From Thermodesulfobacteriota bacterium (GTDB lineage: Bacteria; Desulfobacterota_D; UBA1144; Nemesobacterales; UBA2774): a stretch of 64,000 nucleotides of DNA. The stretch lies in contig OZ244991.1 of NCBI GenBank assembly GCA_965223335.1, positions 1,600,001 to 1,664,000 of the forward strand, read 5' to 3'. Below are positions 48,224 through 58,709 of the stretch, piece by piece (position 1 is the first letter of the stretch; every line of letters begins with the position of its first letter). The notes beneath the pieces are model-generated. The model was given only the letters and a program-made list of their open reading frames with translations, was not told the DNA's origin and ran no database searches. The position numbers were made by a program, and so were the translations under genes.

Positions 48224-49066
48224 ATGGTGACTACAGGTCAAATGAAATCCGATATTCTCATAATTAATACGCTGCTCTTTGCAGTTGTAGCACTTTTTTT
48301 AACTACGCAATTTTCCCTTGCAATTACCGATGCCAGGAAAGTAAAGAATGTGGGGATTAATGAAAATCTGGGTCAGATTGTTCCGTCCGATATAGAGTTA
48401 TTAGACGGGGATAACACGAGAGTACAGTTGGGAGACTATCTTGGGGACAAACCCCTGGTGCTTAACCTTGCTTACTATAACTGCCCGAGGATTTGCTCGT
48501 TGGGTACCGACGGTTTGGCCGAGGTTGTGAACTCAACACCTACTTTAAGCGCTGGAGAGGATTATAATCTGCTCACGGTAAGCTTTGACCCCGAGGACAC
48601 CCCCCAGGATGCGAAATCCAGGGCATCTAAATATAAATTGAGTGAAGATGATATGGACTGGAGTTTTTTAGTCGGCAACAGTGCCGAGATTAAGAGACTC
48701 ACATCTGCGCTTGGGTTTAACTACATGAAGGACGGAGAGGAATTTGCACACCCCTCCGCTATTTTTGTGCTCACACCAGACGGCGAAATATCACGTTATC
48801 TATATGGTATTGAGTACAGCCCAACCGATTTCAAGCTCGCTTTGGTCGAGGCCTCCGAGGGTGAGATAGGCCCGTCCAAGATAATGAACCAGGTGCTTTT
48901 GTTTTGCTACGGATTTGACCCTATAGGCAAGCGGTATGCATTAAAAGCCCTAAATGTAGTGAAAGCAGCGGGTGTCGTTACACTTATAAGTCTAGGCGGA
49001 TTTTTAACGTTTTTTTGGAGACGAGAAAAGAACGATTCTGATAGTTACGGAGGTTCTAAGGACTGA
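48224..49066 (+). CDS. SCO/SenC-family copper chaperone
   Basis: YYNCPRIC (CxxxC), SFDPED, FAHP, ISRYLYG, C-terminal TM; TGATG coupled to coxB. Confidence 0.9.
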   Translation: MVTTGQMKSDILIINTLLFAVVALFLTTQFSLAITDARKVKNVGINENLGQIVPSDIELLDGDNTRVQLGDYLGDKPLVLNLAYYNCPRICSLGTDGLAEVVNSTPTLSAGEDYNLLTVSFDPEDTPQDAKSRASKYKLSEDDMDWSFLVGNSAEIKRLTSALGFNYMKDGEEFAHPSAIFVLTPDGEISRYLYGIEYSPTDFKLALVEASEGEIGPSKIMNQVLLFCYGFDPIGKRYALKALNVVKAAGVVTLISLGGFLTFFWRREKNDSDSYGGSKD

Positions 49067-50007
49067 TGACCTGGATTCCTGAAGTTGCATCTAATCTTGC
49101 AGGCAAAGTAGACGGAGTGCTTATGTTTATCACGGCACTTACCCTCGTGTTTTTTGTTCTTATATCGGTTCTCCTGGTCTATTTTGCAGTAAAGTACAGA
49201 AGAAGAAGCGATAATGACGAGACCCCTTATATTACAGGCAACGAGACTCTCGAAATCATATGGACACTTGTTCCCACAGTTTTACTGATCTGTATTTTTA
49301 TCTATGCGTTTGTTGTCTATAAAGATATGCGGACTGTCCCTGCAGATGCAGTAGAGGTAACCGTTACAGGAAAGCAGTGGTTATGGGAGTTTGAGTACTA
49401 CAACGGCAAAAAAGACATAAATAGACTTGTAGTCGAACAGAACCGGCCTGTTAGGATGGTCATGAGGTCTGATGACGTGCTACACAGCTTCTATGTGCCC
49501 GGGTTTAGGGTAAAGCAGGATCTGCTGCCCGGCCGCTACACTCAGCTTTGGTTTACACCCACAAAGGTGGGTACGTTCAAACTGTTCTGTGCCGAGTACT
49601 GTGGTACTGCACACTCAAACATGCTGGCCGAGGTGGTTGTTATGAGCCCCGAGGCCTATGATATTTGGGAAAAAGGCGTAGGTGTCGACGACGACGAGGC
49701 TGTGGCAGATGCTAAGCCCACTGCAGAGCTGGGCGAGAAGGTATACACACAAAAGGGTTGTAATGCGTGCCACAGCATTGACGGCAGTGTGGTAATAGGG
49801 CCTAGTTTCAAGGGGCTTATAGGTAGGTCCACAACACTTGATGATGGCACTACTATTACAGCGGATGAAAACTATATAATGCAGTCGATAATCGAGCCCC
49901 AGTCACAGATAGTAGAGGGTTTTCAGCCCATTATGCCGGCGTTTAAAGGCAACATTACAGATAAAGAAGTAGATGCATTAATAGCTTATATAAAAACACT
50001 AAAGTAA
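49066..50007 (+). CDS. coxB: Cytochrome c oxidase subunit II with fused C-terminal cytochrome c (caa3 type)
   Basis: DVLHSF, CuA motif CAEYCGTAHSNM, C-terminal CNACH and IMP. Confidence 0.95.
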   Translation: MTWIPEVASNLAGKVDGVLMFITALTLVFFVLISVLLVYFAVKYRRRSDNDETPYITGNETLEIIWTLVPTVLLICIFIYAFVVYKDMRTVPADAVEVTVTGKQWLWEFEYYNGKKDINRLVVEQNRPVRMVMRSDDVLHSFYVPGFRVKQDLLPGRYTQLWFTPTKVGTFKLFCAEYCGTAHSNMLAEVVVMSPEAYDIWEKGVGVDDDEAVADAKPTAELGEKVYTQKGCNACHSIDGSVVIGPSFKGLIGRSTTLDDGTTITADENYIMQSIIEPQSQIVEGFQPIMPAFKGNITDKEVDALIAYIKTLK

Positions 50008-50035
50008 CGATTGATAGTTAAGGAGGGGTTTGTTC

Positions 50036-51649
50036 ATGGCAAATCATACGGTTGCCGAACCTGTTTATGTTCCGTTTCTTGAGAAAAAGGGGATAGCCTC
50101 TTGGATCTTATCCACTGATCATAAGCGTATCGGGATCATGTATCTGGTCTCGATCATATTGTTCTTTATTGTCGGTGGAGCGTTGGCCATGCTCATGAGG
50201 TACGAGCTCCTTACCCCTGCCCAGGACCTTGTTAGTGAGCACACATACAATGTTCTATTTACATTGCATGGATCAATAATGGTCTTTTTCTTTATCATCC
50301 CGGGTCTTGCGGCCAGTTTCGGCAATTTTTTAATACCCCTTATGATAGGTGCGCCCGATGTGGCGTTCCCTAAGTTGAATTTGGGGAGTTATTGGATCTA
50401 TTTGTTGGGTGCTGTGATTGTTCTCATAGCATTGTTAAGCCCTGCAGATACAGGTTGGACGTTTTACACCCCTTATAGCGCGCAGACCGATACCGACGTT
50501 GTGTTGATTACATTCGGGGTCTTTGTGCTAGGGTTTTCATCGATTCTGACCGGACTTAATTTTATCGTTACAATACACAAGATGCGTGCGCCGGGGATGA
50601 CTTGGCACAGGTTGCCACTGTTTATCTGGGCCTCTTACGCCACGGCTATATTACAGCTCTTAGCGACCCCAGTTGTGGGTATAACACTCTTGTTGCTCAT
50701 AACCGAGAGGACGCTCGGAGTAGGGTTTTTCGACCCGGCAAAGGGCGGGGACCCGGTACTGTTCCAAAACTTTTTCTGGTTCTATTCTCACCCCGCCGTT
50801 TACATCATGATTATCCCGGCAATGGGCGTGATTTCCGAGATAATACCTGTGTTTGCACGTAAGCCCATTTTCGGCTATAAAGCGATTGCTTATTCCAGTT
50901 TAGGGATCGCGTTCATAAGCTTTTTGGTATGGGCACACCACATGTTTACAGCGGGAATTTCCGAGCTTGCGGCCACAATATTTTCGTTCCTCACGTTCCT
51001 GGTTGCTATACCTACCGCGATCAAGGTGTTTAACTGGATAGCGACTCTGTATAAGGGCTCTATTGAGCTTCACTCCGCTATGCTCTATTCGCTGGGTTTT
51101 CTATTCTTGTTCACCATTGGTGGGCTTACCGGGCTCTTCCTGGGTGCTTTAGCCTCCGATATACACCTTCACGACACATACTTTATTGTTGCTCATATGC
51201 ATTACGTTATGGTCGGCGGCACTGTAATGGGATTCATTGGGGCGCTTCATTTCTGGTACCCAAAATGGTTTGGCAAGATGTTCAACGAATCGGTTGCCAA
51301 GGTTGCCTGGTTTCTCATCTTCGTTGGTTTTAACGTTACATTTTTCCCGCAGTTCTTCCTAGGGATTCAGGGTATGCCCAGGCGCTATGCGACCTACCCC
51401 GAGGAGTTCGAGTCATTGATGGCGCTTTCCACATACGGTTCGTGGATCCTAAGCATTGGGTTTATATTGATGTTGTGGAACCTGGTTTCCGGCTTGTTCA
51501 GTGGAGAAAAAGCACCGGATAATCCATACAAATCGCTGTCTTTAGAGTGGCAGGTACCCTCACCCCCGCCGCACGAGAATTTTGACGAGATACCAAAGGT
51601 GACGGACTGGACTTACGGATACGGAAAAAAGAGCGGGTCGGAGGCTTAA
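50036..51649 (+). CDS. coxA: Cytochrome c oxidase subunit I, type A2
   Basis: [23 protein letters not shown] (YS motif of A2), [22 protein letters not shown]. Confidence 0.96.
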   Translation: MANHTVAEPVYVPFLEKKGIASWILSTDHKRIGIMYLVSIILFFIVGGALAMLMRYELLTPAQDLVSEHTYNVLFTLHGSIMVFFFIIPGLAASFGNFLIPLMIGAPDVAFPKLNLGSYWIYLLGAVIVLIALLSPADTGWTFYTPYSAQTDTDVVLITFGVFVLGFSSILTGLNFIVTIHKMRAPGMTWHRLPLFIWASYATAILQLLATPVVGITLLLLITERTLGVGFFDPAKGGDPVLFQNFFWFYSHPAVYIMIIPAMGVISEIIPVFARKPIFGYKAIAYSSLGIAFISFLVWAHHMFTAGISELAATIFSFLTFLVAIPTAIKVFNWIATLYKGSIELHSAMLYSLGFLFLFTIGGLTGLFLGALASDIHLHDTYFIVAHMHYVMVGGTVMGFIGALHFWYPKWFGKMFNESVAKVAWFLIFVGFNVTFFPQFFLGIQGMPRRYATYPEEFESLMALSTYGSWILSIGFILMLWNLVSGLFSGEKAPDNPYKSLSLEWQVPSPPPHENFDEIPKVTDWTYGYGKKSGSEA

Positions 51650-52255
51650 ATGTCACACGCAGATACAGAACACGCACACGTACATCAAATGGACCCGGCA
51701 GTTGAGTACAGCTCATCAAAGCTAGGAATGTGGCTATTCCTGGGTACAGAGGTTCTTTTATTCGGGGGGCTCTTTGCGGCCTATGCGATTTTTAGGGCAC
51801 GTTACCCCGAGGTGTTCATCGAGGACCACAAGGAACTAAATCGTATAATGGGAGCTGTGAACACATGCGTACTTATATTCAGTAGTTTGACAATGGCTAT
51901 GGGTGTGTCTGCGATTAAAAAGGGCAAACAAAAAGCGGCTGCATTATTTCTGCTGATCACAATAATATGTGGGCTTGGTTTCGGTGTGGTTAAGTATTTT
52001 GAGTACGGGGCAAAGTTTGCACACCATATCTACCCGGACACAAGTATTTTCTTTTCTCTATACTTTCTAATGACTGGGCTTCACATGCTCCACGTCTTTG
52101 TCGGTATAGCGATACTTGTGGTACTTTTAGTATTAACGGTTAAGGGGAAATTCAGCTCCTCGTATAACACGCCTATTGAGGTCGGGGGTTTGTATTGGCA
52201 CCTTGTAGATTTAATATGGATTTATTTATTTCCGCTATTGTATTTGATCGGTTGA
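51650..52255 (+). CDS. coxC: Cytochrome c oxidase subunit III
   Basis: GMWLFLGTE, TGLHMLHV, LYWHLVDLIWIYLFPLLY. Confidence 0.95.
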   Translation: MSHADTEHAHVHQMDPAVEYSSSKLGMWLFLGTEVLLFGGLFAAYAIFRARYPEVFIEDHKELNRIMGAVNTCVLIFSSLTMAMGVSAIKKGKQKAAALFLLITIICGLGFGVVKYFEYGAKFAHHIYPDTSIFFSLYFLMTGLHMLHVFVGIAILVVLLVLTVKGKFSSSYNTPIEVGGLYWHLVDLIWIYLFPLLYLIG

Positions 52256-52271
52256 ACGGAGGTATTATCAA

Positions 52272-52580
52272 ATGACAACAGATGCTCATGCACATGAAGA
52301 ACATGTAACTGGGTACACGACTTATGTAATTGTGTGGATTATACTCATGGTACTCACGTTTATTACGGTTTACGTGTCGTATATAGATTTCGGCATGTTA
52401 AACGTAGTGATTGCAATGGTTGTTGCGTCTATAAAAGCATCGATTGTCGCTCTTTATTTTATGCATCTTAAGTTCGAGGACTCGATTACATGGGTGTTCG
52501 CACTTTTCCCCCTCACTCTGCTCGCTCTACTTATAGGGATGACTATACTCGACACTTTCACAAGGGTAGTTGTTCCCTAA
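52272..52580 (+). CDS. coxD: Cytochrome c oxidase subunit IV (caa3 type)
   Basis: Three TM helices, KASIVALYFMHLKFE. Confidence 0.9.
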   Translation: MTTDAHAHEEHVTGYTTYVIVWIILMVLTFITVYVSYIDFGMLNVVIAMVVASIKASIVALYFMHLKFEDSITWVFALFPLTLLALLIGMTILDTFTRVVVP

Positions 52581-52589
52581 GAATTCTCT

Positions 52590-53444
52590 ATGGTAGGCAA
52601 GATAGCTGTCTCACTTTTAGTACTCCTTTTGATCTGGGGTAACCTTGTGGCAGGTCTTAAGTACGGGCTTGCCTGTCCCGATTGGCCCCTTTGTCATGGC
52701 AAGGTGCTCCCACCGTTGCGCTGGGATATTTACATGGAGTTTATGCACCGTGTAATAGGTGGCGTCACATCTATTTTTTTAGTCATACTTGCCTACAAGC
52801 GGCTTCGGGCCTACAAGGGTGGGGCTAAATCGATACCGGTCATCATGGTCCTGCTGCTTCTGCTGCAAATATTTGTGGGGGGATTTGTTGTGTTATTGGG
52901 GCTCCCTGTGGATTTGACCACGTTTCATTTTGCAAATGCCATAATCATATTTGTACTCACACTGTATATGGTGTATTTCGACGGTGTTAGCTGGACCCCT
53001 GTCTTCAGTGCTGCGGGGGTTTCGGCTGTGTTTTTCTTTTTGAGTCTGCTTGTAGTGGTTCAGTTGGTCCTGGGTGCATATGTAAGGCATTCCGAGGCCG
53101 GGCTTGCATGCCCCGATTTCCCGACCTGTTTAGGGTTCTGGGTGCCGCCCAATCTAGCGGGCATAGTGCTCAATCATTTTGCCCACCGCACGCTCGCATA
53201 TATAATCACATTGTGTGTGCTGGGTCTCGTAGCAGCCTCTTTGTCTTACCAATCGTTAGCTGCTTACCGCAACCGTATATACATTGTACTCGGACTCATT
53301 TTGGTACAGATACTTTTGGGTGTAGCAGTCGTGCATACGAAACTCTATTTCGCAGTGACTGCAGTACACCTTGCGGTAGCACTTTTAATCCTGGGAGTAC
53401 TCTTAGACACCTGGTTTCGGGTCATTGCAAAAAGTAGTGTATAA
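52590..53444 (+). CDS. ctaA: Heme A synthase (CtaA/COX15)
   Basis: GLACPDWPLC, EFMHR, duplicated GLACPDFPTC, HR and H ligands. Confidence 0.92.
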   Translation: MVGKIAVSLLVLLLIWGNLVAGLKYGLACPDWPLCHGKVLPPLRWDIYMEFMHRVIGGVTSIFLVILAYKRLRAYKGGAKSIPVIMVLLLLLQIFVGGFVVLLGLPVDLTTFHFANAIIIFVLTLYMVYFDGVSWTPVFSAAGVSAVFFFLSLLVVVQLVLGAYVRHSEAGLACPDFPTCLGFWVPPNLAGIVLNHFAHRTLAYIITLCVLGLVAASLSYQSLAAYRNRIYIVLGLILVQILLGVAVVHTKLYFAVTAVHLAVALLILGVLLDTWFRVIAKSSV

Positions 53445-53481
53445 TCTCAATTAATTATCCGGGCCCGGGGATCTGTCAGTC

Positions 53482-54393
53482 ATGGAACACGTAGAAAGAG
53501 CACCTTCTAAAATAGTAGTATCCACTATACTGCTTTCTAAACCGGGCATAATTCTTAGCGTAGCCTTTACCGGATTTGCGGGGATGGTCGTTGCCTACGG
53601 GGGAGTGCCGTCGGTGGGCAGTATTGCGCTTGTTATAGTTTCACTGCTACTAAGCGCGGCCGGGTCGGCGATCCTTAACAACGTACTAGACGAGCAGATC
53701 GACCAATCAATGGAACGTCTCAACAAGCGTGTAGAGGCGCTTCACGCCGTGGGCAATAAAACCGCCGTAATAATTGCAAGCGTTTTTATAGCTATCTCGC
53801 TCTTTATAGCCTACTTCTATATCAATCTCGTCTTTACCGTTTTAACAGTTGCCGCGATTGTAAGCTATACGTTTCTATACACCCTCTATCTCAAACGCAG
53901 CTCCCCCTATGGGACTATCCTGGGCGGGCTACCGGGAGCACTGCCGGTTTTGATAGGCTATTCAGCGGTAAGCCCTGCTATCCGCCTAGATGGGGTCATA
54001 TTGTTTATATTTATGATGCTGTGGCAACCCCCTCATTTTTGGGCACTGGCCCAGAAGTACAGGCTCGATTACAAAAAGGCCGGGATCCCTGTAATGCCGG
54101 TTGTATTCGGTGCTGAATACACCAACATCATGATCCTGCTCTATTCGCTTGCACTACTGCCGCTCACACTCTGTCTTTCATTTCTTGACTACTGCTCAAA
54201 CTACTTTGCTGTAGTAGCTATAGCACTCGGTTTTTATTTCGAGTTTGTGATAATAAGGAGCGCCATTACAAACTCAGGTTATGGTAAGGCCTTCGGGGTC
54301 TCTATCATATACATGCTCGGTATCATGATGGCGTTGATACTCGATATGATTCTAAATCCTAACAATGCCGTCGTAATTGCAATACTCTCATAG
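53482..54393 (+). CDS. ctaB: Protoheme IX farnesyltransferase (heme O synthase)
   Basis: KPGI, N..LD..ID..MER, YTLYLKR, GALPVLIG, WQPPHFWALA, DYKKAGIP. Confidence 0.93.
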   Translation: MEHVERAPSKIVVSTILLSKPGIILSVAFTGFAGMVVAYGGVPSVGSIALVIVSLLLSAAGSAILNNVLDEQIDQSMERLNKRVEALHAVGNKTAVIIASVFIAISLFIAYFYINLVFTVLTVAAIVSYTFLYTLYLKRSSPYGTILGGLPGALPVLIGYSAVSPAIRLDGVILFIFMMLWQPPHFWALAQKYRLDYKKAGIPVMPVVFGAEYTNIMILLYSLALLPLTLCLSFLDYCSNYFAVVAIALGFYFEFVIIRSAITNSGYGKAFGVSIIYMLGIMMALILDMILNPNNAVVIAILS

Positions 54394-54399
54394 TGCCCA

Positions 54400-56211
54400 C
54401 TATATCTTCGGCAGTAACTCTTTTAAGTGTTCATGAGGTGTTCTCAGCGTGTGTATGGCATCCACCCAGAACTGGGGAGAGTTCAGGTCTGCGCCTATGG
54501 TTTTCGATGCTACATTATCAGCTGTGTCAGAGCCAGTGTTTCGCAAAAACTCTTCGTATTTCTCAATAAACGCAGGCCCCTCTCGTTTAAACATTGCAAA
54601 TAACCCGCGGCTTAGCAGGTACCCGAATGTGTAGGGGAAGTTGTAAAAAGTCACGCCGGTTATATAGAAATGCAGTTTCGAGGCCCAGAAATATGGATCT
54701 TCTCCGTCCTGCTCCAATATATCCCCAAAGATTTTCTGCTGTGTTTCGCACATAAGCTCTTTTATGCGGCTTACACTCACCTCGCCCGCCCCGCGTTCCT
54801 CGTAAAAACTCTTCTCGAACTCAAACCTAACAGGTATATCCATCAGATAAATGGCACCGTGGTTTATCTCCATATCTAGCATCTCTGCCTTTTGCCTGTC
54901 ACTAATCTCGGGGCTGCTGATGATACCCTCTGCAAGTATCATCTCGCCGAATGTAGATGCAGATTCAGCAAGTGTCATCGGGTAGAGGTGTGCGTAGGGC
55001 CTTATATCGCGCATAACATAGCTGTGGAATGCGTGGCCCGCCTCATGAGCAAGTGTGAGTACATCCCCAATGGTCTCGTTATATGTCATAAATATCCGCG
55101 ATTCCTTCGTAAGCAGTGAGCCTGTGCAAAACCCCCCGGGGCGCTTTCCCTGCCGGGGCTCCCAGTCTATCCAGTTCTTTTCATACATGTTGTTTACGAA
55201 TACACCTAGCTCGGGGTACGATTTTGAAAACGCCTCGCTCACAAGGCCTTTCCCTTTTTCCCAATCCAGCTTCTCATCTTGGGGCAGATCGAGGGGTGCC
55301 CCCAGGTCGTACCAAGCAATACTTTCTCTATTCATGGTCCGGGCCTTGTATCTGAGTATCTCTTTTGGGACCTCTATCTCGGAATATATGGCCTCAAACA
55401 TAGCATCCAGAGTCTTACGGCTGATAGCGGATTGAAATAGTGCTACATCCAGGAAATGGTCAATACCCCGATAGCGGTTTAGCGTTAGCCTAGTACCCGC
55501 AATTGCATTTAGAGCCGCTGCAGCGGTGTCTTCAATACCGGCCCACGCAGCGTTACCCCCGTCAAACGCAGCTTTTCTTGTTGCACGGTCGGGCTTTTCC
55601 ATAAGCGACCGCCTTTTAGATATTGGGATAATCTCTTTGGTCCCGTCAGGGTATTTCATCTCGAACTCAAGCTTGCTCGACACCGTATCGTAGAGCCGCC
55701 CCCATGCCTCGATACCGTTTACAGCCAGATCTGCGGTAAGCACCTCTTTTTCTGCATCCATCTTCTTCTGCGCGTCTTCCCTGAGCCGCTCTATATAGTA
55801 TTTTGCACCATTTAAGCCCTTGCTTTTCACAAAACTATCTATTGTTTCGTCTGTTGCGTCCTTAAGTGCTCTAATAAGCTCTATTCTGAGCTTAGAGAAC
55901 TCAGCCCCCATAAGTGACATATCTGCCTCTTCCCTTAGAAAGTCTTCGTTAAGGCCGTCGGCCGATGCCAGGCAGCCCACATAAGAGCTCAGATGAGAGT
56001 ACCGCGTGAGTATATCTTCGCACGAGATAAACACCCCTTCCCATTGCTTTAAGTTCCCTTCGTTCAATATATCCAGCGTGCAAGCGCTTTTGAGTGTAGA
56101 GTCTATATCGCTTCTAAGTACAGTTTTAAATTCCTCCATCTCATTCCCCCTAAACACAGGGAAATAGCTTGTTAGATCCCAATTCATTTTCTCGGTTGCT
56201 TTGTCCGGCAT
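54400..56211 (-). CDS. M3 family oligoendopeptidase F
   Basis: GKRPGGFC, LAHEAGHAFH, AESASTFGE, FYNFPYTFG. Confidence 0.92.
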   Translation of the reverse strand: MPDKATEKMNWDLTSYFPVFRGNEMEEFKTVLRSDIDSTLKSACTLDILNEGNLKQWEGVFISCEDILTRYSHLSSYVGCLASADGLNEDFLREEADMSLMGAEFSKLRIELIRALKDATDETIDSFVKSKGLNGAKYYIERLREDAQKKMDAEKEVLTADLAVNGIEAWGRLYDTVSSKLEFEMKYPDGTKEIIPISKRRSLMEKPDRATRKAAFDGGNAAWAGIEDTAAAALNAIAGTRLTLNRYRGIDHFLDVALFQSAISRKTLDAMFEAIYSEIEVPKEILRYKARTMNRESIAWYDLGAPLDLPQDEKLDWEKGKGLVSEAFSKSYPELGVFVNNMYEKNWIDWEPRQGKRPGGFCTGSLLTKESRIFMTYNETIGDVLTLAHEAGHAFHSYVMRDIRPYAHLYPMTLAESASTFGEMILAEGIISSPEISDRQKAEMLDMEINHGAIYLMDIPVRFEFEKSFYEERGAGEVSVSRIKELMCETQQKIFGDILEQDGEDPYFWASKLHFYITGVTFYNFPYTFGYLLSRGLFAMFKREGPAFIEKYEEFLRNTGSDTADNVASKTIGADLNSPQFWVDAIHTLRTPHEHLKELLPKI

Positions 56212-56346
56212 CTGTGCTCCTCTTTTTTGTTAGGATTTGTTGGGAATAATGTACCCTGTGATTAAAGGGTGTTAAATCTCGGATTTGGCTTGTGGATGGA
56301 TGTGTTAGAAGAGAAACTTTTCCTTCAAACGGTTATCTAATTATAT

Positions 56347-57291
56347 ATGACACACTCAACTGCGGGTTCGTTTTTCATCGCTATATTGTATTATGTGCTT
56401 ATTCTCCCTCAACTGTCGCAGGCCCTCGAAGCTTATAACGGGTTTGATGTCGAAAACAGCATTGTACCTAAAAATGAGATATTTTCCGGCGGCCCTCCCA
56501 AAGACGGCATCCCTGCTATTTTAAAACCCAAGTTCGAGTCCCCTAAAGATTCGGGGTGGCTAAAGGACGATGACCTTGTGACAGGGGTCTCTATAAACGG
56601 TGAAACACGGGCGTACCCCTTGCGTATCCTGGTTTGGCACGAAGCGGTTAACGACACTGTAGGAGCGCAGCCGATATTGGTCTCTTACTGTCCTCTATGC
56701 GGGTCTACTTTAGTGTTCAGCAGGAACATTGATGACGACACCTTTAGTTTCGGGATTTCCGGACTCTTGTACCAGTCCGATGTACTCTTCTACGACCACA
56801 AGACCGAAAGCCTCTGGTCTCAACTCGAGATGAAGTCCATTGCCGGAAAGATGGTAGGCACCCGACTCGAGGTGCTGCCCTCTACACTATCTACATGGAG
56901 GGAATGGAAAAAAGCACACCCCGACACGCTGGTTCTCAGCAGAGATACAGGGTACTCAAGGGATTACAGCACCATGCCCTATGCGGGTTATGAACAATCC
57001 ACCGCCACTATGTTCCCCGTTAACCACAGCAGCAATAGATACCATCCCAAGGAAAAGGTTTTAGTGGTGCTTGTGGACGGTGATGCCAAGGCCTATCCCT
57101 TTAGTGAACTAAAGAATGCAGAGGCCCCACTCAGTGATAAGATTGGGAATACAGATGTAAAAATTCTGTTTGGTGATGGCGACTATGTGACCGCTACTGA
57201 CAGTAACGGCAATCCCATAGAGTCGTTTGTGTCGTACTGGTTCGCTTGGTACACCTTCAGGCCCGAGACAGATGTGTACAAGGCCAAGTAA
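56347..57291 (+). CDS. DUF3179 family exported protein
   Basis: Signal peptide, GGPPKDGIPAI, RAYPLRILVWHE, YCPLC, SGLLY, ESLWSQ, YWFAW. Confidence 0.88.
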   Translation: MTHSTAGSFFIAILYYVLILPQLSQALEAYNGFDVENSIVPKNEIFSGGPPKDGIPAILKPKFESPKDSGWLKDDDLVTGVSINGETRAYPLRILVWHEAVNDTVGAQPILVSYCPLCGSTLVFSRNIDDDTFSFGISGLLYQSDVLFYDHKTESLWSQLEMKSIAGKMVGTRLEVLPSTLSTWREWKKAHPDTLVLSRDTGYSRDYSTMPYAGYEQSTATMFPVNHSSNRYHPKEKVLVVLVDGDAKAYPFSELKNAEAPLSDKIGNTDVKILFGDGDYVTATDSNGNPIESFVSYWFAWYTFRPETDVYKAK

Positions 57292-57395
57292 CTTAGCTCG
57301 TTACCTATAAATCCAACAAAAATCAGACAAGTGCGGTATAATTTTTCTACTCCGAGCGGTTAAAAATTCATACGATTAAACAAAGGGAACAAAAC

Positions 57396-57680
57396 ATGAA
57401 CAATAAAAGTTATATGGCATTATTCATAAAAAATCTCTTTAGGAAAGATACTGTAGTGCGTGCGATCAAAGTGATGATGATCGTCGCCCCTATACTCATC
57501 CTGATCAACCATCACGACCACATTATTGCACGTGAGTTCTCACATAAATTCTATATGAAGTCTTTGCTTACACTGTTTGTCCCATACTGCGTATCGGCTT
57601 ATTCATCTGCCAGTGCATACACCGCAGATGAGATTGCCAAACTCAATAATCCGAGCTCTTCCCAGCCGGTAGGTGTGTAA
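57396..57680 (+). CDS. Small 2-TM membrane protein, NrtS-like
   Basis: RAIKV..IV..ILILINH and LT.FVPYCVS resemble the NrtS small-transporter domain. Confidence 0.65.
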   Translation: MNNKSYMALFIKNLFRKDTVVRAIKVMMIVAPILILINHHDHIIAREFSHKFYMKSLLTLFVPYCVSAYSSASAYTADEIAKLNNPSSSQPVGV

Positions 57681-57694
57681 AGATTTGGTGAGTA

Positions 57695-58648
57695 TCACGA
57701 GGAGGGATTATCTTTCTTTGTCTGCTCGTTTAAGTGCCAGTCATAGTGCAGATAACCTAGTTTAAAATCGTTTTTCTCAAGAAATTGCACGTCGTATTCT
57801 GAAGAAATATTTGTTAGCACAAAACTAAGAACCGATTTATCCTTTAAGCTTCGGCCCGCGAACTGATCGGTCTCGCCATAAGTGGCAATAAAGTCTTCAC
57901 CGAACCATTTGAAAATCTTAGACACTTTTACTTGTTTCGTTTTCGGATTCACATAAACTCCTTTCGATGGGTTATTAACGAAGTTTTTAGATGCGTCCAC
58001 TAACTGGACTTCCAGCTTATCCCCTGTGTAGGCCTCGTCTCTTAGGTCTGGGCACCCGATTGAGGCACAGTTGATGGCTGCGTGGATTCGCGGTTCATTG
58101 AACTTCTTTCTAAGTATCTCGTGCTCTATCTCCCCCAGCGTGACCATGTTGCCCATTGCCCTGAACTGTAGCTTGTCCCATATGCCTCTTATCTGCCGGA
58201 TGCTGTTTGAGGGGGCTGTGATCCCGAGTAACGTGAGGCTCCTTTTAATTGGATAATTGTCTATGATCGCAGCCAGCGTAAATGCATTATATGCGTTTAT
58301 CCAATAGGCAATTTGCTCGGATTCCGTCCATTTGTTGTAGTCATCGGGCGAGACCTCACCCAGCGTGCGCATATATGCCTGTAATTGTTCCCGTGATAGT
58401 TGTAGCCCACGATAATCGACCCTGCTCGCTTTAACAAATCGTTCCAATATAGAATCGAATTGCTCGTGTGTCTGGTCAAATTCCTTAATATCACTGTTCT
58501 CCAATGCGTAGGATACAATTGTATAAGCATTGCTCTGGTGATTTTGAGATAATGAATATGCGACTGCTAGCAGTGCAATGATTATTGCTACTGATATTTG
58601 GTAAGATATGTGATTCCAGAATTTCGCGATTCGTAGCAAGCGACCCAT
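57695..58648 (-). CDS. DUF547 family protein
   Basis: VDY, AYWINAYNA, IEHEILR, EPRIHAAINCASIGCP, SKIFKWF.EDF, YDW.LN. Confidence 0.9.
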   Translation of the reverse strand: MGRLLRIAKFWNHISYQISVAIIIALLAVAYSLSQNHQSNAYTIVSYALENSDIKEFDQTHEQFDSILERFVKASRVDYRGLQLSREQLQAYMRTLGEVSPDDYNKWTESEQIAYWINAYNAFTLAAIIDNYPIKRSLTLLGITAPSNSIRQIRGIWDKLQFRAMGNMVTLGEIEHEILRKKFNEPRIHAAINCASIGCPDLRDEAYTGDKLEVQLVDASKNFVNNPSKGVYVNPKTKQVKVSKIFKWFGEDFIATYGETDQFAGRSLKDKSVLSFVLTNISSEYDVQFLEKNDFKLGYLHYDWHLNEQTKKDNPSS

Positions 58649-58709
58649 AATAACTGTTAGATGGACCCTATTTACTAAGGATTCAAATCTATATTCCTAT
58701 ACGAACCAT

